The notes under the pieces are model-generated. The model was not told where the DNA came from and searched no databases. It was given only the letters and a program-made list of their open reading frames with translations. 64,000 nt of DNA from Spirochaetales bacterium (GTDB taxonomy: Bacteria; Spirochaetota; Spirochaetia; JABEVK01), in the NCBI GenBank assembly GCA_037142615.1, contig JBAXAI010000001.1:416001-480000 (forward strand), read 5' to 3'. The translations under genes and the position numbers were made by a program. Position 1 is the stretch's first letter; every line of letters begins with the position of its first letter. Shown here in pieces: positions 28,943 to 39,000 of this stretch.

Positions 28943-29050
28943 ATACACCATGAGATACAAGAGGAACCTACCAACCGAGACGATCTTCTAGCCCCGCGGA
29001 GCTTGGGGCTTCGCCGGTTGGTTGTCGTTCGGACTTATTGGAGGTTCTTC

Positions 29051-29431
29051 ATGATTCTTTCTCACGAGCAGCTCGCTCAGGCCTGCCGCGCCTATTTGAC
29101 AAAGCGCACCGAGCCCAGCCGCCAGCGCTTTCTGACACTTGCCTACCACTTCGCCAAGCAGCAGGCAGGTATCAATCTGTACACCCGCTCCAGCCGCCTC
29201 TGGGCCCGCGACGAGCTTGTGGAAGATCTGACCCAGTACAGCCTCGAACTCCTGATCAAGGAGTTCGCCAAGCCCCAGTTCAAGACCGCGGTCTGGGCCG
29301 AGAACCCGATGGGCTGCTTGACGCGGTTCTTGCAAAGCCGCGCCTACTCGTTCTTCCGCAGCGAGGGCAATTACCAGTTCAAATACACCAACGGCGAGTA
29401 CTTCGACACCGAGTACCAGGAAATCGCCTAA
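29051..29431 (+). CDS. Stand-alone ECF sigma region-2-like protein
   Basis: GGAGG RBS; DELVEDLTQYSLELL...CLTRFLQSRAYSFFR resembles the sigma2 pattern AEDLxQ..WL..IA.N...D..R. Confidence 0.55.
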   Translation: MILSHEQLAQACRAYLTKRTEPSRQRFLTLAYHFAKQQAGINLYTRSSRLWARDELVEDLTQYSLELLIKEFAKPQFKTAVWAENPMGCLTRFLQSRAYSFFRSEGNYQFKYTNGEYFDTEYQEIA

Positions 29432-29457
29432 GACCAGACAACTTCCAGGAGGCCAGC

Positions 29458-29712
29458 ATGTCTATTTACTCACGTGATTTCAACGCACCCAGCGCCGAGG
29501 ACGAGTTCCTCGTCGCCGAGGCCCGCCGCGAGCTGGCGCACTTTGCCGCCAGCCTGCCACCGACGCTGGCCCAACTCTTCCAGCTGAAGAAGCTGGAGGG
29601 GCTCCCCAGCCGCGAGGTGGCTCTGGTGCTCGGTGTCGACGTGCACCAGGTGTACCGCGACACCAAACTGCTCGACCACCGCTGGGAGCAGGCGAAGGCA
29701 AGGTGGGGGTGA
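29458..29712 (+). CDS. Stand-alone sigma70 region-4 HTH protein
   Basis: AGGAGG RBS at 29447-52; LPPTLAQLFQLKKLEGLPSREVALVLGVDVHQVYR. Confidence 0.85.
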   Translation: MSIYSRDFNAPSAEDEFLVAEARRELAHFAASLPPTLAQLFQLKKLEGLPSREVALVLGVDVHQVYRDTKLLDHRWEQAKARWG

Positions 29713-29793
29713 GCAGGGCTTCGCGGTAACGGGGTCTCCAGACCTAACGGAACTCCAAGCGCCGGTTGTACAGGCCTCAGCATCGAAGTACCG

Positions 29794-30936
29794 TCAACTT
29801 TTCCCCGTGACCTTCCCAAACGCCACCTGCCACTGCCCCAACTGCTCCTCCAGACCCGCCGCAAGTTCAGGGCTGTCATGGCTGACCTCGCCGGGCCACT
29901 GGAAACAGAACTGCACGGCCTCGCGAAGGTCGCGCACGCGCAGGCGGAGGCGGGCCCGGATGATGCCGTCGGAGCTCCGGGTTGCCTCGACAACGGGCTG
30001 GCCGGGGTACAGCACGTGGCTCAGGGCCCAGCGGGCGGCGTTGCCGGTGAGCAGCAGGTCCACCTCGTGCACCCGGTCGCCCATCAGGCTTCCATAGATC
30101 TCCACGTAATCCTTTTGCAGCTCGTAAGCGTCCTTGCGCTCGAAGCGCCAGACGGCCCGCAACCGCCCGGACTCCGTGGTAGGCAACTGCGCCGACTCAA
30201 GCAAACCCCAGGGGTAGACGCGCGTGTTGCAGACCTCGGAAGCGGTTCCTGGCACACCGGTCACTTCGTCGCCAACGAGATGCCAGCCGTCGGCGGAGTT
30301 CACGAGAAGGTACGGCAGGAACAGGCGAGGCTTGGACCGACTGACGGTGAGGTACACAGGGTCGCCCTGGGCCAGCGCGCGCAGGAGCGTGTCGATAAGC
30401 CCCAGTTCGGCCTGGTCGGGCGTGTCCAGACCACCAACCTCGAAGTCCCACTCGCGTTCCCGCGGCCGGGTGCGCACCTCGTGGTAGACGATCTTGCCCT
30501 CGAGGGGGTTCTTGGTCTCGCGGGTCCAGCGCGTCAGGAGTTCAAGCATCCACGAACCGGTCTGGGGCGGAAGCGCCGTCGTCTGTTCGGCGAGCTGAGC
30601 CAAGAACGGGTAGATGGGGTCGACCATGGGCGCTTCTTCGTCTTTTGGGTCGCTCGACAAGGGACTGGCAATGTACACGTACTCGGCTCCGTTCTTGCGC
30701 CTGACCAGCCGCCCGTCCTTGGTCAGCAACTGGCCCAGAAGAACATCGAGGAACTGCATGTCGTACTGGAACTGTCGGGTGTCGATGTAGGAAAAGCCCT
30801 CGGGATGCCTCGCCTCGTCGAAGCTGGTCACCGAGGTGCGGGTGATGGGCTGCGAACCCAAGACTTGCTTGAGGTAGAACGTGAAGCGCAGAAGCACTTC
30901 GGGGATGGGCTTGGAGGTCTCGGCTTTCAGGTACAT
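29794..30936 (-). CDS. WYL-domain (plus WCX) transcriptional regulator
   Basis: ALAQGDPVYLTV...PYLLVNSADGWHLVG...RVYPWGLL (WYL variant); C-terminal LLLTGNAARW...LREAVQFCFQW (WCX-like). Confidence 0.8.
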   Translation of the reverse strand: MYLKAETSKPIPEVLLRFTFYLKQVLGSQPITRTSVTSFDEARHPEGFSYIDTRQFQYDMQFLDVLLGQLLTKDGRLVRRKNGAEYVYIASPLSSDPKDEEAPMVDPIYPFLAQLAEQTTALPPQTGSWMLELLTRWTRETKNPLEGKIVYHEVRTRPREREWDFEVGGLDTPDQAELGLIDTLLRALAQGDPVYLTVSRSKPRLFLPYLLVNSADGWHLVGDEVTGVPGTASEVCNTRVYPWGLLESAQLPTTESGRLRAVWRFERKDAYELQKDYVEIYGSLMGDRVHEVDLLLTGNAARWALSHVLYPGQPVVEATRSSDGIIRARLRLRVRDLREAVQFCFQWPGEVSHDSPELAAGLEEQLGQWQVAFGKVTGKS

Positions 30937-30977
30937 ACTGCTTTATACCATACGCACTGCTGGTTCGTGCTGGTTCT

Positions 30978-32050
30978 TCAAAGCAGATCCAGAACCCGGC
31001 CGGCAAAGTAGAGGGGCAACGAGACGAGCTCCGTGGCCCCCCCGTCGTACTCAAGGGCTTGGGACGAAGGTAGATTCAGGTCAAAGCGCACCGCTCGCTT
31101 GGGTCGCTTGGCCGCGACGAATTGCAGGGGTGACTTGAGGGTCCCGGCCTTGCCGGCTTTCACCTCAAGGGGAAGCAACTCGGTCCCCAAGCTGATCACG
31201 AAGTCGAGTTCCGCATTGTTCGAGCGCCCTTCGCGCAGCCAGTAGTTCAACTCGGGGAGTTGTTTGCCCAGGTAGCGACCCAGCAGTTCCTGGCCGACAA
31301 ACTGCTCGGCCAGCGCACCTTCCTTCAGCAAAGTCCGCTCGTCGAGCGACAGAGCCTGTGACCAGCTCATGCCCAAGGTCAGGCTAACGAGGCCGATGTC
31401 GAGAAACAAAAGTTTGAACGTTGAGAGATCCTGCCCAGCTTCCAAAGGAACTCCTGAACAATCCGAGTGGAACACGTAGGCGCATACCCGTGCCTTGCAG
31501 AGGAGGTCGATGGCACTCTTGACCTCGGAGCTCCGGTCGTCGGGCGCGAAGTTCGTGAACTTCACCTTGCGCCCCAACTGGGCCGGGACCGTCCGGAAGA
31601 CCCGCTGCAAACGGGCCAACTGAGTTTGACGGGCATACTTGGCGAAGTCGTCGACGTACGTGTCGAGGATGGCCCGCTGGACCGTGGCCACCTCAGCAAA
31701 AGTTCCGGTATCAAGCCAAGTCTGGACCGCCTCGGGCATTCCCCCGACGATGAGGAACTCCCGTTGCCTGTGGAGCAAGCTCTGATGCCGACTTTCAGGC
31801 ATGCGGTCTCCGAGTTTCCAGCCCTGGTAGAAGTGAGAAAGTTCCGCATCGACCGCAATGAGGTACTCAGCGAACGACAAGGGTCCGAGGTGAAGATAGT
31901 TGATTCGGCCTACTGGCATTGAAAAGGCATGGTCTGCCAAGGTGAACTCGAGTAACGAACCTGCGGCAACGACCGCCAGGTCGGGCAGGTCCTCAAGGAA
32001 ATAGCGAAGGGCCTCGATCGCTTCAGGCACAGCCTGTACCTCGTCCAGGA
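30978..32050 (-). pseudogene. 5'-truncated AAA_14/DUF4143 ATP-binding protein
   Basis: Begins at LDEVQ (Walker B) with no Walker A or start; retains AAGS, PVGR, GGMPEAV, KLLFLDIG, ELDF..PLEVKAG. Confidence 0.8.
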
Positions 32051-32367
32051 CCGCCTCATCCGTGCCGTTTTGGAATAATTCGATTCCCCCGTCTTTTCAG
32101 TCAGCGACCTCGTCAGTCTGGAACCGCGTGAGCAGGTCCGCTATGGACGGGTGAAACGGGCGAAGGCAAACGCTCCCGCTGGCAGGGCTCTCGAACCGCT
32201 TGTACTATCCGTCGTACGCCCGAGTCGGGGCTTTCCTGTGGGGGATACGAAAGGAACTTGACCGATGATGAGTCCGGTGGAATCGGTCTAAAACACTGGG
32301 GACCAGAGCTGTTCCTGGACGCCTTGGGTCAGCTTGAGAACCTTCAATAAGGGCTGTTTTGGCGGAT

Positions 32368-32529
32368 TCAGGTCAGAATCGCAGGTTCTCCCTCGAGGAG
32401 TTCGAGGTCAACTTTTCTTCCCAGCTTATCCTCGAAGTAGAAAGCCAGCCCAATGAAGTTGTCAAAGCTCTTCTGCTGTGGCTGGAACTCGACAAGCAGG
32501 TCGATGTCGCTTTTCTCGGTCTCACGTCC
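32368..32529 (-). pseudogene. Fragment of a minimal nucleotidyltransferase (MNT) antitoxin
   Basis: Manual translation ETEKSDIDLLVEFQPQQKSFDNFIGLAFYFEDKLGRKVDL; paralogous to 39326-39628; N-terminus missing. Confidence 0.8.
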
Positions 32530-32622
32530 TTGGGTAGTCCAGCTGACTCCTTCGCAATTGGCATCTGTGGAAGGCGGCCTTGGCAGGCTGTCGGACCAAG
32601 GTGGACTTCCGCTATACGCTGA

Positions 32623-32726
32623 ATATACCCTTACGGGTATATATGAACTGACAAATGGCCGAATAGCCCCTATCGGGTATGTTTCCTAGTTTTAAGTTGT
32701 AAATTATACCCGATCGAGTGTACAAT
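32623..32726 (+). promoter_or_regulatory. HipB-type operator array and promoter
   Basis: Palindrome ATATACCC-ttac-GGGTATAT (32623-42), degenerate copies near 32662-80 and 32704-22; TTGTAA...TACAAT (32721-26). Confidence 0.7.
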
Positions 32727-32732
32727 CACTGT

Positions 32733-32951
32733 ATGTCCAAAACCGAGTTCTCTGTACTCCTCAAGAAGGAACGCCGGCTTAACCACCTCACGCAGGAAGA
32801 ACTCGCGCTCAGAGCAGGAGTTGGGCTGCGGCTCATCCGTGACATTGAGCAAGGTAAGGCAACGTTACGTATCGACTCGTTGAATAAGGTGCTGGCGCTG
32901 TTTGGTTACGAGGTCGCGCCGGTCCGTCGGAGTCCCCATGCGGAGCGCTAA
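32733..32951 (+). CDS. HipB-like XRE/HTH antitoxin
   Basis: LTQEELALRAGVGLRLIRDIEQGKATLRID..NKVLALFG. Confidence 0.92.
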   Translation: MSKTEFSVLLKKERRLNHLTQEELALRAGVGLRLIRDIEQGKATLRIDSLNKVLALFGYEVAPVRRSPHAER

Positions 32952-33255
32952 GGTCTGGTATGGGACCAACTTCGCGGGCACGCTGGAAGAAACCGACGTG
33001 GGCTATCGCTTCACCTACTCTTCCGACTACCTCGGCGAGAGCTTACCGCGTCCCATAAGCCAGACCCTCGGGCTGCGGGAACAGCCGTTCGAGGCCAAAA
33101 CACTTTTCCCGTTCTTTGACGGGCTGATCCCGGAAGGCTGGCTGCTCGACTTAGGGACCCTCAACTGGAAGCTCGACCCGAAAGACCGCTTTGGACTGCT
33201 TCTGGCGTTCTGCCGAGACCCCATCGGTGCCGTCGGAGTAACCACCGATGAGTAA
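32938..33255 (+). CDS. HipA N-terminal (Couple_hipA/HipS-like) protein
   Basis: AGTLEETDVGYRFTY..PISQTL..LFPFFDGLIPEGW..DPIGAV. Confidence 0.92.
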   Translation: MRSAKVWYGTNFAGTLEETDVGYRFTYSSDYLGESLPRPISQTLGLREQPFEAKTLFPFFDGLIPEGWLLDLGTLNWKLDPKDRFGLLLAFCRDPIGAVGVTTDE

Positions 33256-34177
33256 GTGCCTAGTCTGTTTTGGCGACCTCCGTTCGGGAGACTACCATCC
33301 AAGTTGCGCGTTGCGGTTGTTTGACACGCGAGTTCCGCTCGAAGTCGATCTCAATCTGGAAGACCTGCCCTCGGAAGGCCTGAGGTTGCTCGAAGCCAAA
33401 GGTGGAATAGCGGGTGTCCAGAAGAAACTCTCGTTGGGGCGTTCCACAGGTCAGCCGGGCCGGCTGACGGTCGTCGGCTTCCAAGGACGCTTCATTCTCA
33501 AGCCCCCTTCTCCGGAGTTCGAGGCCCTGCCTGAAAACGAGGCGCTGTGCATGGAGCTTGGCAACCAACTGGGTCTCGGGGTCGCCGGCCACGGTTTGGT
33601 GCGATTGAAGGATGGTACCCTTGCCTACCTGAGCCGCCGTTTCGACCGGCCGGACGACCAGACGAAATGGCACCAGGAGGACTTCTGCCAGCTTGCCGAG
33701 CGACCCGTTGCCGACAAGTACAAAGGTAGCCTTGAGGCAGCGGGTAACCTGCTCCGCTACTCCCGACAACCGGGGCTCGACGCCGTTCGCTTTCTGGAAC
33801 TGGGCCTCTTCTGTTGGCTCACCGGAAATGCCGATATGCACCTGAAGAATTTCTCGTTGCTACTCGACCCCACCAACGGTTGGATTCTCTCGCCGGCGTA
33901 CGATCTGGTCAGTACCCGGCTGGTTCTTCCAGAAGACAACGAGGAAACGGCGCTACCGATCAATGGCAAGAAGTCTCACGTGCATTGGCGGGATTGGGAA
34001 GCTCTTGCAGCCAATTTGGGCGTCGAAGGCAAGGTGGCGTTCAAGCTGGCCGCACGGCTGGCCTCGAAGGTGGCCCTGGTCGAAGATCTCGCAAGACGTT
34101 CGATGCTGCCAACGTCGCAGCAGGAGGTGTTTGTGGCGATCTACCGTGAACGGGCGGCCCGCCTGGCTCGACCCTAG
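33248..34177 (+). CDS. HipA/HipT family kinase toxin
   Basis: IAGVQKKL, FILKP, ENE, RRFDR, HQEDFCQ, GNADMHLKNFS, LSPAYDL. Confidence 0.94.
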   Translation: MSKCLVCFGDLRSGDYHPSCALRLFDTRVPLEVDLNLEDLPSEGLRLLEAKGGIAGVQKKLSLGRSTGQPGRLTVVGFQGRFILKPPSPEFEALPENEALCMELGNQLGLGVAGHGLVRLKDGTLAYLSRRFDRPDDQTKWHQEDFCQLAERPVADKYKGSLEAAGNLLRYSRQPGLDAVRFLELGLFCWLTGNADMHLKNFSLLLDPTNGWILSPAYDLVSTRLVLPEDNEETALPINGKKSHVHWRDWEALAANLGVEGKVAFKLAARLASKVALVEDLARRSMLPTSQQEVFVAIYRERAARLARP

Positions 34178-34420
34178 GGACCGGTAGAAATCCCGCATTA
34201 CGATTTCCTTCCAGTTCTCCTCGTGGCGGAAGTGTTGGCCGTCGTCGGTGTGGGTGTAGTAGAAGCCCATGCCCTTGGCTGCCATCGGCTCCAGCTCGTC
34301 TGGAACGAACCTCTCGACGTCGCAGAAGACCCGTGAGAACTCCGCCTTCACCGAGTCGACACCTTCGACGTGGAAAATGCGGTCAGTGTACCAGTCGGTG
34401 AGTTTGTCGACTTCCCCGGG
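34178..34420 (-). pseudogene. N-formylglutamate amidohydrolase, N-terminal fragment
   Basis: EVDKLTDWYTDRIF...FSRVFCDVERF..EPMAAKGMGFYYT; cut off at the hipA stop. Confidence 0.75.
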
Positions 34421-34598
34421 GCTCTCGAGCAGGTGAACGTGTTTGTTCGGGTGGATGCGTCCACGATTGTCAGTGGGATGAAGACTTCGGCAGACAGTTG
34501 AAAGGGAGGGCGGAGCCCCGCCCTACGCCGTGGCGAACGGTGTTCGCCACCGCTACCCACCCAGCGGGGCTTCGCCAGCCCCGCAACGCCCCGGCTGC

Positions 34599-35135
34599 CT
34601 ATTTGGTGGCCTGTTGGTAGGTCCAACCTGATCGAAACCCTTGGCGAGTCGCGATCACGAGTTGACGGGCCAAAGCGTCCTCAAATGCAGACAAGAACTT
34701 GGGCCTGTCGGTTAGCAAACTTGTACTGAACCCCAGATCCTCCTGGTACATTGCCCATACACTGGTCCAGCCGGGAAAGGATTCCCGGGTCAGGACGAGC
34801 GCGTCAAAGTGAGTTTCAACAAATGGCCTCAGGTATTTGTCTGAAGGCAGAGAGTCAGACTTTGCCGAATTGACGGCTTTGTCTTCCGGAATCAGATTCC
34901 AGACTCGATCGTGGGCCACGAGATAGGCGATCCAGTCGTGGTGCAAGATCAAGGCCCCACCGTCATTGGTGAACTGATAGAGTGGCTTTCGAGCCTGAAA
35001 CTCGGCAGACGCAAGCTCAACGATTCGCCGATTGACCTTTGCGTCGGGCAGACCGGCAACCTCTGCCACAAAAAACGGCCGGATCAGCCTAAAGGGGACA
35101 AAACGAAGGAGCCTCGTTGTTTCTATGTGTGATCG
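34599..35135 (-). pseudogene. HNH-endonuclease-associated gene remnant fused in frame to IstA
   Basis: HDRVWNLIP..KAVNSAKSDSLP (second half of HNH); first His/Zn part apparently deleted. Confidence 0.6.
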
Positions 35136-36304
35136 GACCTTGCCAGCGTGGGTGATGACGATTTGTCCGCTGCGGACTCCGATGCTCACCGATTCGCCAA
35201 TGTGTTTCCAGGGAACAGAATAATGGTTGGTATCGACCTCAACGCAGAGGTCAGAATGGACTTTTCGCGACAGTTCTCTCTCTCGTAGGAAGTCTGGTCG
35301 ACAGGCCAGAGACTTCAGAGCCTCGACTTCCAGTTCAAAGCGCTCAAGAGGAGTCCCGCCGAGTTCCTGAAGGACCCGCTGATCGGCGATCTGATCCATC
35401 CACCAGTCCAGATGGATCTCCAGCGCCTGCCATGAGTCGAACTCCCGACCAGCCAGAGCATTGTTTTTGACGTATCCGACGGCACTCTCGACCTTGCCCT
35501 TGGTTCGTGCGCGATACGGTGCGCAGGAGCGGCGATCAAAGCCCCAGTGCCGGCTGAACGCGACAAAAACGGGGTTGTAGACGACCTCGCGAGTGTGAAT
35601 GTCATGACTGATGACCAGCGCTTTGGCGTTGTCCGTGAGCACGGCTGCCGGTACTCCACTGAATCGTCGGAACGCGTTTTCGGTTCCCTTGAGCCAGCTC
35701 TCAAGCCTCTGATCGGCAAACACTTGCACGTAGATCCGACGGCTGAAGCCCAGAACGAAGACGAACAGGTGAACCTTGACCATCTCGCCGCCGATGTTCA
35801 CCTGGCGCTCACCAAAGTCGATTTGGGCCTGCTCGCCGGGCTTTGTCTCGTAGCGGGTCGTTGCCAATCCACGAACCGCCAGATCCTTGCGCCACGTCCC
35901 AACAGCCCGTTCAACAGTCCGAAGGCTTACATGAATCTTCTTCTTGGCGATCAATTCCTGGCGGACAACTTCGGCATTGCCCCGATGCAGCTTGAACTGC
36001 TCCTCGAGCCAACCTCCCAATCCATCGAGCAACCCTGGCCTTTGAGGATTCTTGTACTCAACGAAACCGCCCGCCGCAATGTAACGTTTGACTGTGTTAC
36101 GGCTAAATCCCAATTGGCGAACAATCGCCTTAACCGGCCACCCCGCCGAGCTCAAAAGCAGAATATCCTCGACTTCCGAAGGCAGGACCATGGGGCTTTT
36201 CTCCTGCCCCCAGTCTGCCCGATTCTGTCCTTCCATTCCCCGTTTCTCCCCGAGGGGTCAATTCCTCGTGTCGCCCGGGGGTCAGTTTCTCATGTCGCGT
36301 GACA
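35136..36304 (-). mobile_element. istA: Truncated IS21-family element (left end plus partial istA; no istB)
   Basis: Left end TGTCACGCGACATGAGAAACTGACCCC...GAATTGACCCC from 36304; IstA motifs RYETKPGEQAQIDFG, TDNAK, RTKGKVE, NHYSVP. Confidence 0.9.
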
Positions 36305-36345
36305 CGTTGGACATGCCGGAGAAGCTCCAGGTCAGGGCTTGAAGG

Positions 36346-36759
36346 TCATCTTGTTTCAAGAAACCGACGAAACTCCTCAGGGGTGAGGATTCCAAAAGGC
36401 ACCGCGCCCAGATACTGCAACAAGTCTGCGTCACCGGTGACGAGGTACTCAGCGTTGCCGGCAACCGCAGTTTCCAGAAAGACTTGATCGTTCGGATCGC
36501 GGCAGGGTTCGAGGACGGCTTCTCCGAGCTGAGGCACGGTTTCGCTGTACGGGAGAATATCCTCGAGCAGCGTCTTCTGCTCTCCGGGGCTCAAGCGAAA
36601 CTTTGGGTAGGCGAGCACCCGCATCAACTCTTTCGCGGTGGCCGAGCTGACAAGAGGTGTTGCTTGTCCGGACTTCCAGGCCTCGCGCAACCAACTCCAG
36701 TTCTCGCGGCGAAACACAAGCGCCGAAATCAGAGTATTGGTGTCAAGGACAACCTTCAC
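36346..36759 (-). CDS. PIN-domain toxin (PIN_3 type)
   Basis: MKVVLDTNTLISAL...CRDPNDQVFLETA..AEYLVTGDADLL; GTG start overlaps the antitoxin stop. Confidence 0.92.
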   Translation of the reverse strand: MKVVLDTNTLISALVFRRENWSWLREAWKSGQATPLVSSATAKELMRVLAYPKFRLSPGEQKTLLEDILPYSETVPQLGEAVLEPCRDPNDQVFLETAVAGNAEYLVTGDADLLQYLGAVPFGILTPEEFRRFLETR

Positions 36760-36977
36760 TTCGGCTGCCGAGCCCAGCTGACGGCATCTTGGATGTCCTG
36801 CTCGGTGATTCCCAGCTCGTCCAGTTTGGTCCGGACTTGAGCAGCCGCGTTCGGGTTGACTGGAGTCAGGACGATGCTCTCGCCCTGCTTTCGGACCTCG
36901 AAGTAAGGACTGGAGAACACTGAGGCAATCGCCTTGGGAATTGTGATCTGGTTCTTGCTCGTCATCTTGGCGACCAT
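36756..36977 (-). CDS. AbrB/MazE-type antitoxin
   Basis: AKMTSKNQITIPK...IVLTPV; GAGG RBS. Confidence 0.9.
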   Translation of the reverse strand: MVAKMTSKNQITIPKAIASVFSSPYFEVRKQGESIVLTPVNPNAAAQVRTKLDELGITEQDIQDAVSWARQPK

Positions 36978-37169
36978 GTTTTACCTCAAGTAAGAATGTA
37001 AGGAAATATCTCATTCCTTGCAAGCACGGACCCAGGACACGGGGCTCGGCGCCCAGGAACTCCAGCGGCACCGAGAGCCCTGCGGCTACGTAGACCGAGC
37101 TCACGGCATCGACCAACCAGGCGGGCGTGTGGAGGCCGCGCGGAAGGTGGAAGAGGAAGCTTTGCGGGT

Positions 37170-37838
37170 TCACTCCACTTGCTCCAGAGACATCGCTGGC
37201 GCCGCCTGGACAATCTCCAGGGCAGTCGCGCACAACTGCCGGTCTGACGTGCGGAACTCACGGCGGTATTTTGCGCCGTCCAGCCAAGGGGTCAGCCATT
37301 GCGAGGCGTGTTGCCCGCCCTTTCGGTAGAACGGATTGAGGTGATAGCCCGTCATCGTCACCTCATGAAGACGCACGACGGGCCACAGAACCAGGGGACC
37401 GGCAAGACGAGGCGGAGACGCTCCTGTAAAGACCTGGCAGGCAAACCGCAGCACTCTACGATCCAGTTCAGTCGAGTTGGCGAGGCGTGCCTCTTCTCTG
37501 GTACGTACAAGGTCCCCATAGGCCTTCTTGAGGTCGTCGGCGGCCAGCCAGCCGGTCTGGTATTGTCCCGAGACCAGACTGCTCTCCCAGAACTCGGACT
37601 CGAGACTGACCCCCAGGACGTGACAGACCGAGCGCCAGTCCTCCAAAACCCCACCTTCCCACTCGAGGTCAACTTTGAAGCGGTCGGCTTGGGCTTTCGG
37701 GTCCTCGAACTTCGCGACGGTGTCACCGAGCCAGTCAAGCCATTCCTCCGGCTTTTCATCGCCATAGCAAACCAAACCGTAACCATCGCGGATTTCTCCC
37801 AACGACGGAACGTCGTCGGGGTCGTAATGTTGGGCCAT
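37170..37838 (-). CDS. Hypothetical protein (C-terminus may be chimeric)
   Basis: AGGAGG RBS; 222-aa ORF. Confidence 0.55.
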   Translation of the reverse strand: MAQHYDPDDVPSLGEIRDGYGLVCYGDEKPEEWLDWLGDTVAKFEDPKAQADRFKVDLEWEGGVLEDWRSVCHVLGVSLESEFWESSLVSGQYQTGWLAADDLKKAYGDLVRTREEARLANSTELDRRVLRFACQVFTGASPPRLAGPLVLWPVVRLHEVTMTGYHLNPFYRKGGQHASQWLTPWLDGAKYRREFRTSDRQLCATALEIVQAAPAMSLEQVE

Positions 37839-38009
37839 GGGGGGCCTCCTGTTTAGCAGCGGCCTCGGGGAGAGGCCAGAGCCTTCCGCCAGGCGGAAGG
37901 CACCCCACCCTGCAAGTCGGATAAATCGGTGGGGATGAAGCTATTGTATCACGGGATGAGTGCACTGAGGGTGCAACACCTACGGACTAGGACAGCCCCG
38001 CCTCTGCCC

Positions 38010-38050
38010 TTGCCAGAGAGCCCTCGCCCCTATATAATATCGATTATATA
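38010..38050 (+). promoter_or_regulatory. TA promoter with a palindromic operator over the -10 box
   Basis: TTGCCA (38010-15), 17 bp spacer, TATAAT (38033-38); inverted repeat TATATAAT-atcg-ATTATATA (38031-50). Confidence 0.7.
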
Positions 38051-38060
38051 GAGGGACTAC

Positions 38061-38288
38061 ATGCTTGCTGTCAAAGTCACGACTGTTGGAGCTTCTGCCG
38101 GGATCATTCTGACCAAAGAAGCGATGGCCCACTTGAAGATTCAGAAAGGTGACACGGTCTACCTGACCGAGGCACCCGATGGGAGCTATCGCTTGACGCC
38201 GTACAACCCCGAGTTCGAGCGACAGATGCGTTTGGCCGAGACGATCATGCATGATGACCGCGAAATCCTGAAGGTCCTCGCTAAGTGA
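38061..38288 (+). CDS. AbrB/MazE-type antitoxin
   Basis: KVTTVGASAGIILTKE..L.IQKGDTVYL..RLTPYNPEF. Confidence 0.9.
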   Translation: MLAVKVTTVGASAGIILTKEAMAHLKIQKGDTVYLTEAPDGSYRLTPYNPEFERQMRLAETIMHDDREILKVLAK

Positions 38289-38674
38289 GTGAGTGGCGCT
38301 GGATACAAAAGGCTGTCGTGCTGGCCATCCACGACAGGCAGATTGCCGAGCATGGTGGGTTGCCTGGTCTCCGCGATGACGGAGCGTTGGCCTCTGCGCT
38401 CGCTCGCCCAGAGAACAAAGCCACCTGCGAGAAGCCCGACTTGGCGGACTTGGCGGCGGCCTACGCCTATGGGCTGGCCCGAAACCATCCCTTTGCCGAT
38501 GGTAACAAGCGCATCGCTTGGGTGGTGGCGCGCCTCTTTGTCGCTGACAATGGTGGACGGCTTCGCTTCGATCCGCTCGAAGCGATCCAGATGGTTCTGG
38601 CCATGGCAAGCGGAACCCTCACGGAGCCAGAGGTTGCAGCCTGGTTCCGTCAACGCCTGTTGGCACAATCGTAG
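38285..38674 (+). CDS. doc: Death-on-curing (Doc/Fic) toxin
   Basis: IHDRQIAEHGG..GLRD..L.SALARP; HPFADGNKR. Confidence 0.94.
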   Translation: MSEWRWIQKAVVLAIHDRQIAEHGGLPGLRDDGALASALARPENKATCEKPDLADLAAAYAYGLARNHPFADGNKRIAWVVARLFVADNGGRLRFDPLEAIQMVLAMASGTLTEPEVAAWFRQRLLAQS

Positions 38675-38919
38675 CACGTGGTCGACGGAAGGCAGGCGAG
38701 GTTCCGCCGGGTCCGCTGCCACGGGCAAGGCGGTTTCAGGTAGCACCACCCTTGCGGGTCTCAAGTCCGTCGAGGAGTTGAAAAGCCCCAAGCCGGTTGT
38801 CTCGGATTTCTAAGACGTGACAAAAGAAAGGCCCACCCGAAAAGCACTAAATGCTTATCTGGTGGGCCTTAAAGTTCAGCCGACGCCCGAAGTCGAATCG
38901 GGGACCTACGCATTACGAG
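38378..38919. repeat. 542-bp direct repeat, copy 1 (doc 3' part, hairpin, tRNA-Thr 3' half at 38878-38919)
   Basis: Matches 41170-41711 at offset 2792. Confidence 0.93.
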
Positions 38920-39000
38920 GGCTTAGCACTCGTAATTATGTCTATATAATACAAAGCATTAGATACGTGAAACTTGCACAGTGGTATACAATTCGTATAC

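Noticed and set aside
29038-29712. 224-aa ORF as a single full-length sigma factor
   Set aside because: Its first 140 aa are an off-frame shadow of 29051-29431; only the part from ATG 29458, which has its own RBS, looks like protein.
34599-36236. IstA-HNH fusion as a novel transposase-nuclease
   Set aside because: IstA lacks its C-terminus, istB and the right end are missing, and the HNH motif is half deleted; best explained as a deletion junction.
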